Below, piece by piece: positions 18,833 through 26,996 of a stretch of 64,000 nucleotides of DNA. A model generated the notes under the pieces. That model did not search any database. It saw only the letters and a program-made list of their open reading frames with translations, and was not told the origin of the DNA. Origin of the DNA: a virus. Within the stretch, counting starts at the first letter, position 1, and every line of letters starts with the position of its first letter. The position numbers were made by a program, and so were the translations under genes. The stretch is taken from IMG/VR virus record IMGVR_UViG_3300045988_174992; one strand, written 5' to 3'.

Positions 18833-19738
18833 TTACAAGTAAGAAGGTGACCAATTACATACATAATTAACCAAAGCCATGATATTTGAATATCCTACTT
18901 CTTCATTCTTACCATATACTTTATATACATGTTTCTTCATGATGCTTCCACATTCATTAAGTACATCCATCTTTCTCATTTCATTAGAGAAATTGACACA
19001 ATGCTCAATATATGTATCTAGATAATGCTCACGAATCTGGTCATCATTAAATCTTTCTTTTCTACCACCAGGTACCAGACAAGAAGTTGGTAAATCATTA
19101 TAGTAGAAATACTTTTTCTTATTGTTTTTACAAAGACCTATAATGAATCTGTATAATGAACGAACATACATCCTTACAGTATTAGAAGTTCCATTTGGAA
19201 ATTCATTTTTCTGTACTTCATCTTCAATATCTGATGCAAATGTGTAGTAGATAAGCTGTGCTTTCTCCCTATGCATCTTCTTCAGTTCTTCTGTATAATT
19301 CTTGATAGTCTCATTATATGAATTCAGATGATGGAAATTGTACAGAACTCTATTTGATGGATAATTGCAATTGCCAGGTGCATCAGGACCAAACTTATGA
19401 AGATAATTCTTCTGCAATGATTCATGATAAAGCTTTACCAACTGTGGTACACTAGATGGCTTAGCTATATATGTGATAGCTCTATATCGACAGACACAAG
19501 TGCAATTCAAACTCTTTGCAACTTTACAAACGGTTTCCCAGATAGCAATATCATACTTATCTTTGTCATGATTCTCATAAACATAGTCAAGAACAACAGT
19601 ACGAATCTTATTATATTCATACTTATTCTTATGAAGAATCAGTTCAGTAACACTTAAACCATCCTTCTTCAAATTCTTCTTTGACAAACCAATACAATGT
19701 TCATCACTCTTAAACTGGAAACCTTTTACTGTAATCAT
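18833..19738 (-). CDS. hypothetical protein
   Basis: 301-aa ORF. No motif recognised. Confidence 0.65.
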   Translation of the reverse strand: MITVKGFQFKSDEHCIGLSKKNLKKDGLSVTELILHKNKYEYNKIRTVVLDYVYENHDKDKYDIAIWETVCKVAKSLNCTCVCRYRAITYIAKPSSVPQLVKLYHESLQKNYLHKFGPDAPGNCNYPSNRVLYNFHHLNSYNETIKNYTEELKKMHREKAQLIYYTFASDIEDEVQKNEFPNGTSNTVRMYVRSLYRFIIGLCKNNKKKYFYYNDLPTSCLVPGGRKERFNDDQIREHYLDTYIEHCVNFSNEMRKMDVLNECGSIMKKHVYKVYGKNEEVGYSNIMALVNYVCNWSPSYL

Positions 19739-19760
19739 AATTGAAATAAAATTTTTAAAA

Positions 19761-20105
19761 TTAAATACAACCTGAAATTAAGTTTGCTTGATCTAATCTA
19801 GTCAAGAAATCAAACTTTGAATCTGGAGAACTTGAAAATGGATAAAAATCCTTCATCAATTCACATTCACCGAACTTCAATCCATTTAAGATATCAGTAT
19901 CATTTTCAATGTTGAATTCCCATCCAGACCAAACTTCTGTTTTATTTTTGCTATTGAACAATATCTTCATTGTAACAATATTATTCTCAATCTTGATAGC
20001 AATTACAGAAAAACCAAATGGCTTCATCCAAAGTGACTTATTAGGTTCCACCTTTCGGTAACCCATTGATATTAATGCCTTATTCAAATTGTTCATCATA
20101 ATCAT
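19761..20105 (-). CDS. hypothetical promoter-proximal protein
   Basis: Starts ATGATTATGATG. Follows the tandem promoters. Confidence 0.6.
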   Translation of the reverse strand: MIMMNNLNKALISMGYRKVEPNKSLWMKPFGFSVIAIKIENNIVTMKILFNSKNKTEVWSGWEFNIENDTDILNGLKFGECELMKDFYPFSSSPDSKFDFLTRLDQANLISGCI

Positions 20106-20140
20106 AATAATTTAATATTCTACATTTATTTAACATAATT

Positions 20141-20169
20141 AATATAGAAAAGTTGAATTAAAATTCAAA
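20141..20169 (-). promoter_or_regulatory. phage promoter (proximal of a tandem pair)
   Basis: Reverse complement reads TTTGAATT-N12-TTCTATATT. Confidence 0.5.
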
Positions 20170-20196
20170 CTTTTATTTCCTGTTAACTTTAGTTAA

Positions 20197-20225
20197 CATA
20201 TAGAACAATCTTCTAAAATTTCAAA
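20197..20225 (-). promoter_or_regulatory. phage promoter (distal of a tandem pair)
   Basis: Reverse complement reads TTTGAAAT-N12-TTCTATATG. Confidence 0.5.
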
Positions 20226-20250
20226 CTATAATTTCTTAATTTCAATATTT

Positions 20251-20505
20251 CTAATATGTTCCTAACTTGCAAAATGAAAGAATAGAATACTTAAGAATTG
20301 TAAAAGTAGATTCATAATCAACTCGTTCTTTTCTACAGATTCTATCAGCCCACATCATAAGTACTTTCTCATCAACAACATTTTTGAATTCAATAGGATG
20401 TTCTGCTGTACTTCTTGTATCTAATACTAAAGAATCAATGTTCTCTACTATCTTATTTGTCTGTATACACCGTTTTACAACTTTATAGCTTACTAGAAAC
20501 TTCAT
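20251..20505 (-). CDS. hypothetical protein (tandem paralog A)
   Basis: 84 aa. MKFLVSYKV...FCKLGTY aligns end to end with 20518..20772. Confidence 0.6.
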   Translation of the reverse strand: MKFLVSYKVVKRCIQTNKIVENIDSLVLDTRSTAEHPIEFKNVVDEKVLMMWADRICRKERVDYESTFTILKYSILSFCKLGTY

Positions 20506-20517
20506 GACTTATTTGTT

Positions 20518-20772
20518 TTAATATGGTCCTAACTTACAGAATGAAATAATAGAGCAATTCAATATTGTATATTCATATCCATCAATAAATCTTTCTGTAT
20601 TGCAAATTTCAAAACTCCACTTATCTAATACATTTCTGTCAACAACATTCCCATATTCAATATGATGCTTATCAGTACTATCAGTATCTAATACTAAAGC
20701 ATTGATATTTTCTACAACAATGTCATTTATGTCATTACGTTTAGTTACCTTATAGCTTACTAGAAATTCCAT
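20518..20772 (-). CDS. hypothetical protein (tandem paralog B)
   Basis: 84 aa. MEFLVSYKV...FCKLGPY. Confidence 0.6.
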   Translation of the reverse strand: MEFLVSYKVTKRNDINDIVVENINALVLDTDSTDKHHIEYGNVVDRNVLDKWSFEICNTERFIDGYEYTILNCSIISFCKLGPY

Positions 20773-20776
20773 AGTC

Positions 20777-21109
20777 TCAATCTCTTTTCTTGTAACGTTT
20801 AACTACTTTATATCTCTTACCATCTCTATATAGAAGCCAATCTCTAATATCAGAAATATCTTCAAATTCAGAAATGGTACCATATTCATCTTCAAATACA
20901 ACAGTTTGCCATTTGCGACTTAACCAACCAGATGGTACAATCTCTTCAACTTGATAATAGACTTCATCCACCCATTTGAATGTACCATCATCTTGCTTCT
21001 TTCTCTTATGTTGACTTACTTCAACAATACGATACTTCAATTCAACACCTTGATTGAGTTCACCTAATTCTTCTGTTGCATCGACATCAACAATTCTCTT
21101 CTGTTCCAT
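20777..21109 (-). CDS. hypothetical protein
   Basis: The track ORF runs to 21178, but the internal start MEQKRIV (ATG 21109) avoids a 92-nt overlap with 21087..21566. Confidence 0.55.
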   Translation of the reverse strand: MEQKRIVDVDATEELGELNQGVELKYRIVEVSQHKRKKQDDGTFKWVDEVYYQVEEIVPSGWLSRKWQTVVFEDEYGTISEFEDISDIRDWLLYRDGKRYKVVKRYKKRD

Positions 21110-21566
21110 GCTTATATAGTTTATTCCAATAGCTCTCAAGAATATCACACTGAATGTTGTGGCTGAATGTCTCATCAAAAATCAGCTTATGCTGAAAATC
21201 AATAGCGACTGCAAATGGATAATCATGAAAATACATGCTTGGCATTTCTCTATTAGGATTTGAAGAAGTCAAATCCAGAAAATCTGTTTCCATCTGTTCT
21301 GTTGACAAACTACTCTTCAATGGTACCATCTTGAATAATGTAGTATCAGAATCAACAGGAATTCCAAAAAACATAAACTTTACATTATGCCTAGAATTAG
21401 TACCAAGGTTGAAGAATGAAACACAAATTTCCCAACCTATCAAATTATCAAGCTTAGATACGTAAACTTTATGTTCGCATAACGAAGTGTTCTTGAAACC
21501 ATAATATTTCAAGCATTCTTCAATATCTTTCTTAATCTCATTTTCTACAAAAACAACATCCATCAT
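21087..21566 (-). CDS. hypothetical protein
   Basis: 159-aa ORF in the gene train. Confidence 0.6.
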   Translation of the reverse strand: MMDVVFVENEIKKDIEECLKYYGFKNTSLCEHKVYVSKLDNLIGWEICVSFFNLGTNSRHNVKFMFFGIPVDSDTTLFKMVPLKSSLSTEQMETDFLDLTSSNPNREMPSMYFHDYPFAVAIDFQHKLIFDETFSHNIQCDILESYWNKLYKHGTEENC

Positions 21567-21581
21567 AATAATTAATTTTAT

Positions 21582-21968
21582 TTATTTTCGATTCTTTGAT
21601 TTGAACAACTGAAACAACAAGTTATGAAACCAACCATATTCCCATACATTGATATTCAATTGACTTATGAAATGTAGAGCAGAATCAAAAGCAGTACATT
21701 TATTGCAGATACTTACATCATCTCTCTTAGGACAAAGATCAGTATCTCTGTTGCAGTAAACTTCTACTTCTTTCTTATCTGGATTATATATACAATGTAA
21801 GCTTACTGTATAGTAGTCGTTTCTGTTATACTTTTCTGTAAAGAAAAACTTAATATCAGCAATACAAGTACCTAAGTAGTTACATTCTATAGCATGAATG
21901 ACATCAGAATTAGAATATCCTTTATCTAGCCATTCTTTTACTTTTCTTTCAAATTCTCTTTCACTCAT
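21582..21968 (-). CDS. Cys-rich hypothetical protein
   Basis: Likely start is MSEREF (ATG 21968), preceded by AAGGAGA and forming an ATGA overlap with the upstream stop. Confidence 0.55.
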   Translation of the reverse strand: MSEREFERKVKEWLDKGYSNSDVIHAIECNYLGTCIADIKFFFTEKYNRNDYYTVSLHCIYNPDKKEVEVYCNRDTDLCPKRDDVSICNKCTAFDSALHFISQLNINVWEYGWFHNLLFQLFKSKNRK

Positions 21969-22180
21969 ACAATCTCCTTTACATCCAATCCAAATCCACA
22001 AGTAATGAGATACTTGTAATCTTCTTTAGATACTTTATAATACTGTGATGTAATAGTATGAATGAAGAACTCATTCTCATTGTCAGGGTTTGGTTGTACT
22101 CCGATAACCTTATCCATATCAACAACCAAACCAGTTGACAAAATAACATACTTCATGTTTGCTTCGTTCTGTACTTTCAT
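21965..22180 (-). CDS. hypothetical protein (single-module paralog of 16562..16948)
   Basis: STGLVVDMDKVIGVQPNPDNENEFFIHTITSQYYKVSKEDY matches the duplicated module. Confidence 0.6.
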   Translation of the reverse strand: MKVQNEANMKYVILSTGLVVDMDKVIGVQPNPDNENEFFIHTITSQYYKVSKEDYKYLITCGFGLDVKEIV

Positions 22181-22219
22181 ATTCTTTCTATATTTATAAT
22201 CTATCTTTTATAAATTAAA

Positions 22220-22576
22220 TTAATATTCCAAACAGTTAGAATTCTTCCACTTGGTAATTCCAATAGGAGCAATTCCAAAATCTTCATTCAACAAATCTTC
22301 AAGCTTCTCAAGGAGGAAGTCAATATCATCCTGAATAGTATTGCCATTCATCAAATCTTCATCATACTCAATAAGATGAACTTTATTAGATACTACCTTC
22401 AAACCAGTATCTTCATCCTTAGTAGTGGTTTCGAAAATAAGGTTAACAGTACCATCTACCTCATTCATTGAGAATACTGCTTTAGTATATTCTGTAATCT
22501 TCAACTTAATACCGTTAGAATCACCAAGAAGAAGATTTTCAAAAGCGTCATTTGTGTTGTTTGTAATCATAATCAT
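22220..22576 (-). CDS. acidic promoter-proximal protein (paralog of 17403..17756)
   Basis: Starts ATGATTATGATTAC and is D/E-rich. Confidence 0.6.
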   Translation of the reverse strand: MIMITNNTNDAFENLLLGDSNGIKLKITEYTKAVFSMNEVDGTVNLIFETTTKDEDTGLKVVSNKVHLIEYDEDLMNGNTIQDDIDFLLEKLEDLLNEDFGIAPIGITKWKNSNCLEY

Positions 22577-22628
22577 TAAAAATTAAATTGTTCTACATTC
22601 AGTTTGTCAATATTTATTTGACATACTA

Positions 22629-22657
22629 AATATAGAACAATCTTTCAGGATTTCAAA
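22629..22657 (-). promoter_or_regulatory. phage promoter, TTTGAAAT / TTCTATATT class
   Basis: Reverse complement reads TTTGAAAT-N12-TTCTATATT. Confidence 0.6.
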
Positions 22658-22671
22658 ATATATTCAAAAAT

Positions 22672-23979
22672 TTATTCAGCTGCCTTAATATTTATTCGTT
22701 CTTTTATTCTCTTCAGAATCTGAACTGTTGGTTCAATCTGCTCAATAATCTCATCCATAGGCTTGTATGCCATAGGAGACTCATCTAATGTTGACTTGTT
22801 GACAGAAGTTGAACAAACATCCTTCATTTCTTCGACAAATTCATCCATAGAAAGATTTGCCTTAGCAGCAGAACGTGACATCAATCGACCGGCACCATGA
22901 GGAGCAGTACAATTCCATTCAGCATTTCCTTTACCTACACAAATCAATACACCATCTCGCATATTGATAGGAATCACAAGTTCACGTCCATAAGCGGCAT
23001 TGACAGATCCTTTACGAATAATCATATCGTCAAAGTCAATGTAGTTATGCATTGTATTGATGACACGTGCCATAGAAGCACCTTTGACAATCTTAGTATA
23101 GATTTCTGTCATCTTATCCGAAATAAGCAAATGATTGTACTTGGCATAAGTCTGTGCAATTACCATATCAGTAAGATAGCCAATCAGATTCTTACCATTC
23201 AGATAGCCTGTTGGAACAGATGATACAAAGTCTTCCTTTGCATTCTTAATTCGCTCATTCCATTCTGACTTAGGATACATATCCTTTATCTTTTCAATAT
23301 GCTTTGCCCATTCAGAACTATCAACATGATAAGGCTTGTTTGCAACATTCATCCAGTACTTTGCTACCTTCAAACCAAAGTTGCGAGAACCACAATGTAT
23401 CATTATATATCCATTACCTTCGTCATCAGTATCATAAGACAAGAAATGATTGCCACCACCAGTAGTACCTAATGACTTCCAAAAAGTACCTTCATCCATA
23501 CCAATTCGGTTCAGCATATCGGAAATGTACTTTTCATTTACATTTACATTGTTTACAAAATTGGTTGTAGCAACAGCTCTGTCAATAGCAGTATTGCACA
23601 TCTTGTAAAACATCTTCTCATCAGCAATCTTCTTATCATAAATAGTGAATCCAGTAGGAATATCCTTCTTCCATCGATGTTCAAGCAATGCATAAGATTC
23701 CTCTGGACATGGCTTTGACATCTTGATGCAAGTTACCTGACAACCAATATCAACACCTACATGGCTTGGATTTACCATTGGATTATCCTTATCAATAGTA
23801 GAAGAGAAGCCAATTGTTATCGACTGCCCCAAGTGGATATCCGGCATTATTCGTATTTTCTGATCCTTGAATGCAGGACAGTCACAGATACTGTAAACCA
23901 TCTTCAATGCATCTTCTTCAACTGTCTTTGCAAAAATCTTGCAATCCTTATTGTACTTTCCAATTATATTGTATTCCAT
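22672..23979 (-). CDS. rtcB: RNA-splicing ligase RtcB (3'-phosphate/5'-hydroxyl RNA ligase)
   Basis: GVDIGC, GGGNHF, HCGSRNFG and APHGAGR motifs in RtcB order. 435 aa. Confidence 0.85.
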   Translation of the reverse strand: MEYNIIGKYNKDCKIFAKTVEEDALKMVYSICDCPAFKDQKIRIMPDIHLGQSITIGFSSTIDKDNPMVNPSHVGVDIGCQVTCIKMSKPCPEESYALLEHRWKKDIPTGFTIYDKKIADEKMFYKMCNTAIDRAVATTNFVNNVNVNEKYISDMLNRIGMDEGTFWKSLGTTGGGNHFLSYDTDDEGNGYIMIHCGSRNFGLKVAKYWMNVANKPYHVDSSEWAKHIEKIKDMYPKSEWNERIKNAKEDFVSSVPTGYLNGKNLIGYLTDMVIAQTYAKYNHLLISDKMTEIYTKIVKGASMARVINTMHNYIDFDDMIIRKGSVNAAYGRELVIPINMRDGVLICVGKGNAEWNCTAPHGAGRLMSRSAAKANLSMDEFVEEMKDVCSTSVNKSTLDESPMAYKPMDEIIEQIEPTVQILKRIKERINIKAAE

Positions 23980-23980
23980 G

Positions 23981-24256
23981 TTAATTCAAATCTAATTTTG
24001 TGAAACCTGTAATGACAACATGCAATTCTGCTACTTTACCTTCATTTTCTTGTCCATGTGAATAGGTTCGTTCATTCAACTTCTTGGTTTCTTCATCTTC
24101 TAATACATCTGTCCAAGTATCTAATGTATTTTCAGTAACATTACCAAACATGTTACACCACATCAGTTTTGTACCTTCATAAAAACCAGAAATTCCAAAC
24201 ATCGTGGTATAGCTAACTTTATAGTTGACTAATGCTTTTCTTCTCAATAATGACAT
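23981..24256 (-). CDS. hypothetical protein (LV[NS]Y[KR]V family)
   Basis: KALVNYKVSY near the N-terminus. 91 aa. Confidence 0.55.
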   Translation of the reverse strand: MSLLRRKALVNYKVSYTTMFGISGFYEGTKLMWCNMFGNVTENTLDTWTDVLEDEETKKLNERTYSHGQENEGKVAELHVVITGFTKLDLN

Positions 24257-24284
24257 ATCTATTTACTAATTATTAATTAATTCT

Positions 24285-24382
24285 AGGATTCACCTGCTAA
24301 GCGCCTGGATCACACAGGAAGCGGAAAAATATACTTCAGTATGTTCTATAAAAGGGACTCATTTGAGAGTCCCTGTGTGAAT
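24285..24382 (-). repeat. conserved helix-closed ~90-100-nt element, copy 1 (candidate ncRNA or miniature mobile element)
   Basis: The minus strand reads ATTCACACAGGGA...TTCCGCTTCCTGTGTGATCCAGGCGCTTAGCAGGTGAATCCT. TCACACAGG (24310..24318) pairs with CCTGTGTGA (24372..24380). Confidence 0.7.
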
Positions 24383-25180
24383 TTATTCCTCATTCAACTT
24401 GATGAATCTGATCTGGGTGAGGATAAACTTACCTTCATTTGTCTTTGCAATCTCCTTAAGCTTCTTGTCTACTTCTGGACGAGTTTCAGGAGTATTAGGA
24501 AGAGGTTCTGTCATCACCTTGATGAATTCACCTTTGCGAACTCCATCGGCTTCATCTTCTGAAACATTCTTCTTAATTACAACCAACTGAGTCTTGTCCT
24601 TTGTATCCATAACTGAAGTAAGAATCTTACCGTAAGCTGCTTCCTTGATGAGATTGTTACGGAGAATTCTGAGCTGCTGTTCTTCTGAAGAAAATGAATA
24701 CTCCTTATTGATTCTATAAAGGTTATCAACATTCTTGTGGCATGTATCTTCAAGTTCCTTAGCAAATTCCTTGTTGTTGATAATCATTGCAACAAACTCA
24801 TAGTACTTGAGAACTTTAGTACTTCTTTCATCAAGGTTGTTGATTCTTACATCACCATAAGAACTGATGTTCAAACGGAAATCCCACACCTTTTTATTGG
24901 TATCCCAATTGTATTCATAAGAAGGATAGATATCTAATTCATAGAAGCTGTTGTTATCTTCTGGTTTGAAAGTTACATGTCGATCAGTAGCAAGGTCAAC
25001 ATGGTACTCATCAATGTTGAACTTCTTCAAAATATCATTCACATCATTGATGTAGTTAGTAACAGCACTTGTATATTTCTCTGCTCCAACCTTGGTCAAT
25101 TCATTAATTTCATTCAAACGATTGTCAATTGACTCAACTGTTGTATACTTAGCTTTAACTTCTGCGTAGTTCATAATCAT
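24383..25180 (-). CDS. hypothetical protein
   Basis: 265-aa ORF, starts ATGATTATGAAC after promoter 25225..25253. Confidence 0.65.
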   Translation of the reverse strand: MIMNYAEVKAKYTTVESIDNRLNEINELTKVGAEKYTSAVTNYINDVNDILKKFNIDEYHVDLATDRHVTFKPEDNNSFYELDIYPSYEYNWDTNKKVWDFRLNISSYGDVRINNLDERSTKVLKYYEFVAMIINNKEFAKELEDTCHKNVDNLYRINKEYSFSSEEQQLRILRNNLIKEAAYGKILTSVMDTKDKTQLVVIKKNVSEDEADGVRKGEFIKVMTEPLPNTPETRPEVDKKLKEIAKTNEGKFILTQIRFIKLNEE

Positions 25181-25224
25181 TCAAATTTTAAAAATTAAAC
25201 AACTTATTTATTTATTACGCATTA

Positions 25225-25253
25225 AATATAGAACAAAACATGTTTTTTTCAAA
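25225..25253 (-). promoter_or_regulatory. phage promoter, TTTGAAAT / TTCTATATT class
   Basis: Reverse complement reads TTTGAAAA-N12-TTCTATATT. Confidence 0.55.
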
Positions 25254-25273
25254 ATATATTCAAAAAAATTTCA

Positions 25274-25310
25274 AAAAAAAAAAAAATGGAACAATCAATT
25301 GATTGTTCCA
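25274..25310 (-). terminator. rho-independent terminator
   Basis: TGGAACAATC-AATT-GATTGTTCCA followed by a T13 run on the minus strand. Confidence 0.8.
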
Positions 25311-25317
25311 CTTCTAT

Positions 25318-25899
25318 TTAGATATATTGCTTTACATTTTCTATAGATTTACTGAATGTATTCAAGAACATGTTTGCTTGACTATCTTCTGCAAAAGACA
25401 GCAATCTTGACCACCCAGTAACTTTCCTTACATCTAATTCACCATTATGAACAGCTACAGCCCAACAAGGTGTTCCGTCATCTGATGGTTCCCATCCTCT
25501 TCTGTAGATATCTCTCAATATGATAATCTTACCAAGTTCATATAAGTCATCTTTCAAAGCTGAATTGTCATCATCTTCATAAGAACGAGCTTCATAAAAT
25601 GAATCTACTGCTTCTTCCCATGATTCCGGAAAGCTTTCTATTTCATTCAATGGTGGCAATTCTTTCCAAACTTTCTTCAAAGATTCCCACAACATGGTAT
25701 CATCTTCCATATAGACGATCTTGTTGTTGTCATGAAAATCAATGTAGAATACATGGTGAGGATTAGCCAATTCAATACTTTTGAAATCTTCTCCTACAAC
25801 ACCACCACAAGCCATCAATCGATTCATGACACCTAGTGGATTTGATGGGCAACCCAACACATATATAAACTGATGATCTTTGTGTTCTTTATATTTCAT
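25318..25899 (-). CDS. hypothetical protein
   Basis: 193-aa ORF in the gene train. Confidence 0.6.
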   Translation of the reverse strand: MKYKEHKDHQFIYVLGCPSNPLGVMNRLMACGGVVGEDFKSIELANPHHVFYIDFHDNNKIVYMEDDTMLWESLKKVWKELPPLNEIESFPESWEEAVDSFYEARSYEDDDNSALKDDLYELGKIIILRDIYRRGWEPSDDGTPCWAVAVHNGELDVRKVTGWSRLLSFAEDSQANMFLNTFSKSIENVKQYI

Positions 25900-25900
25900 T

Positions 25901-26152
25901 TTACAGCTTTACAGTCATCCTATATGCTAGTCCATCTTTTCTGTTTATCAAATCTGCTGTAACTTTCTTAACTTCTGTATTGAAAGTATAATCAATAGAT
26001 TTGTCAGAATTCTTGACAAACGTATAGTCACTATCTATATTTGTCATGTCTAATGACATGTATATTGGTTTTCCTTGGTCATCAATACCAGGGAAAAAGA
26101 AGAGATGACTCTTGCCATCTCTCTTGTATAATGATACAAATCCTGGAAACAT
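25901..26152 (-). CDS. hypothetical protein
   Basis: 83-aa ORF after promoter 26204..26234. Confidence 0.55.
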   Translation of the reverse strand: MFPGFVSLYKRDGKSHLFFFPGIDDQGKPIYMSLDMTNIDSDYTFVKNSDKSIDYTFNTEVKKVTADLINRKDGLAYRMTVKL

Positions 26153-26203
26153 ATTTATATTCTTTTCAATTAAAATTAATACTTATATGATATTTACTTA
26201 TAG

Positions 26204-26234
26204 AATATAGAATATGAGTATAGATTATTTCAAA
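26204..26234 (-). promoter_or_regulatory. phage promoter, TTTGAAAT / TTCTATATT class
   Basis: Reverse complement reads TTTGAAAT-N14-TTCTATATT. Overlaps the stop of 26225..26908. Confidence 0.45.
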
Positions 26235-26908
26235 GCCTTGAGAGCTTCAACAATTTTTGCTTTATGATGCACTTTAATGCTCTTAGGTCCACCTGTAGGA
26301 ATATGCCAAGCAATCTTATCAATAACAGCATCTTTATCTGTTGCAGTTGCTATTTCATCTAACCACATCTTTACAACATCATAAGTTACACCACAATGCA
26401 AACGAAGTTCACGTTCCAAACCTGTGTGTCCATCAGCATCTTTTAGAAGTTCATCATGGGCCCAAGGTTCTTCTACTTCTGGACCACAGTCATTTGATGG
26501 TATTTGGTCTGGATCTTCCGTACTACCTCCTGGCTTAGATGGATCTGGATTTGGCTTAGATGGATCTGGATCCTTAGGTGGTTCTGGTACCTTATAGTTA
26601 GGATTTGCCTTACGATGATCTGCATCCTCTTTCTTGATAGTTTCATCATCACTATCATAATGGTACAAATATTGATCTTTTTCAGTACCTTCTGTCCAAT
26701 AATGACCTGACTTACAATTTTTGTTAGGACAATGACCAGGTTTGCAAGTACATACATGGGCAGGATTTGAACAATCACCGGCATTAATTGGTGTAGGAGT
26801 ATTTTCTACTACATCCTGAATAGTTGTATCCTGTATTGGATTTACTTCATCATTCAAAACAACTGTTGATTGCTTTGTTTCTTCTGTATTAGTTGATTTC
26901 TTTGCCAT
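26225..26908 (-). CDS. Cys/His-rich protein with Pro-rich linker
   Basis: CSNPAHVCTCKPGHCPNKNCKSGH cluster, then PKDPDPSKPNPDPSKPGG tandem peptide repeats. Confidence 0.6.
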   Translation of the reverse strand: MAKKSTNTEETKQSTVVLNDEVNPIQDTTIQDVVENTPTPINAGDCSNPAHVCTCKPGHCPNKNCKSGHYWTEGTEKDQYLYHYDSDDETIKKEDADHRKANPNYKVPEPPKDPDPSKPNPDPSKPGGSTEDPDQIPSNDCGPEVEEPWAHDELLKDADGHTGLERELRLHCGVTYDVVKMWLDEIATATDKDAVIDKIAWHIPTGGPKSIKVHHKAKIVEALKALK

Positions 26909-26965
26909 TTTTCAATTCAATTTTAATGGATTTAGTTAAAAATAAATTCAAGTACAATGAAGAAT

Positions 26966-26996
26966 ATTAAAAAGAGATGCTTGTTTTAAGCATCTC
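26966..26996 (-). terminator. rho-independent terminator
   Basis: GAGATGCTT / AAGCATCTC hairpin around the polymerase stop codon, with a T-run on the minus strand. Confidence 0.6.

Larger units (their letters stand above)
20140..20225. repeat. 86-bp exact direct repeat, copy 1 (double promoter plus TGTTAAC-TTTA-GTTAACA palindrome)
   Basis: By my base-by-base comparison it is identical to 52581..52666. Confidence 0.85.

Noticed and set aside
20777-21178. Full-length 133-aa version of this ORF
   Set aside because: Its first 23 codons overlap 21087..21566 by 92 nt in another frame. The internal Met (ATG 21109) gives a normal short overlap.
24285-24382. Hammerhead or other known self-cleaving ribozyme in the conserved element
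   Set aside because: The CTGAAGT and CTGAAAT blocks do not match the CUGANGA core, and copy 3 lacks the block entirely. I could not see the conserved twister, pistol or HDV-like cores either. This was by eye only, so a covariance search is still needed.
26341-26784. Several overlapping ORFs in both strands (26341..26538, 26473..26784, 26504..26710)
   Set aside because: They are alternative-frame readings of the Pro/Asp/Ser-rich repeat region of 26225..26908. Only that frame extends across the whole interval and links the Cys-rich and C-terminal domains.
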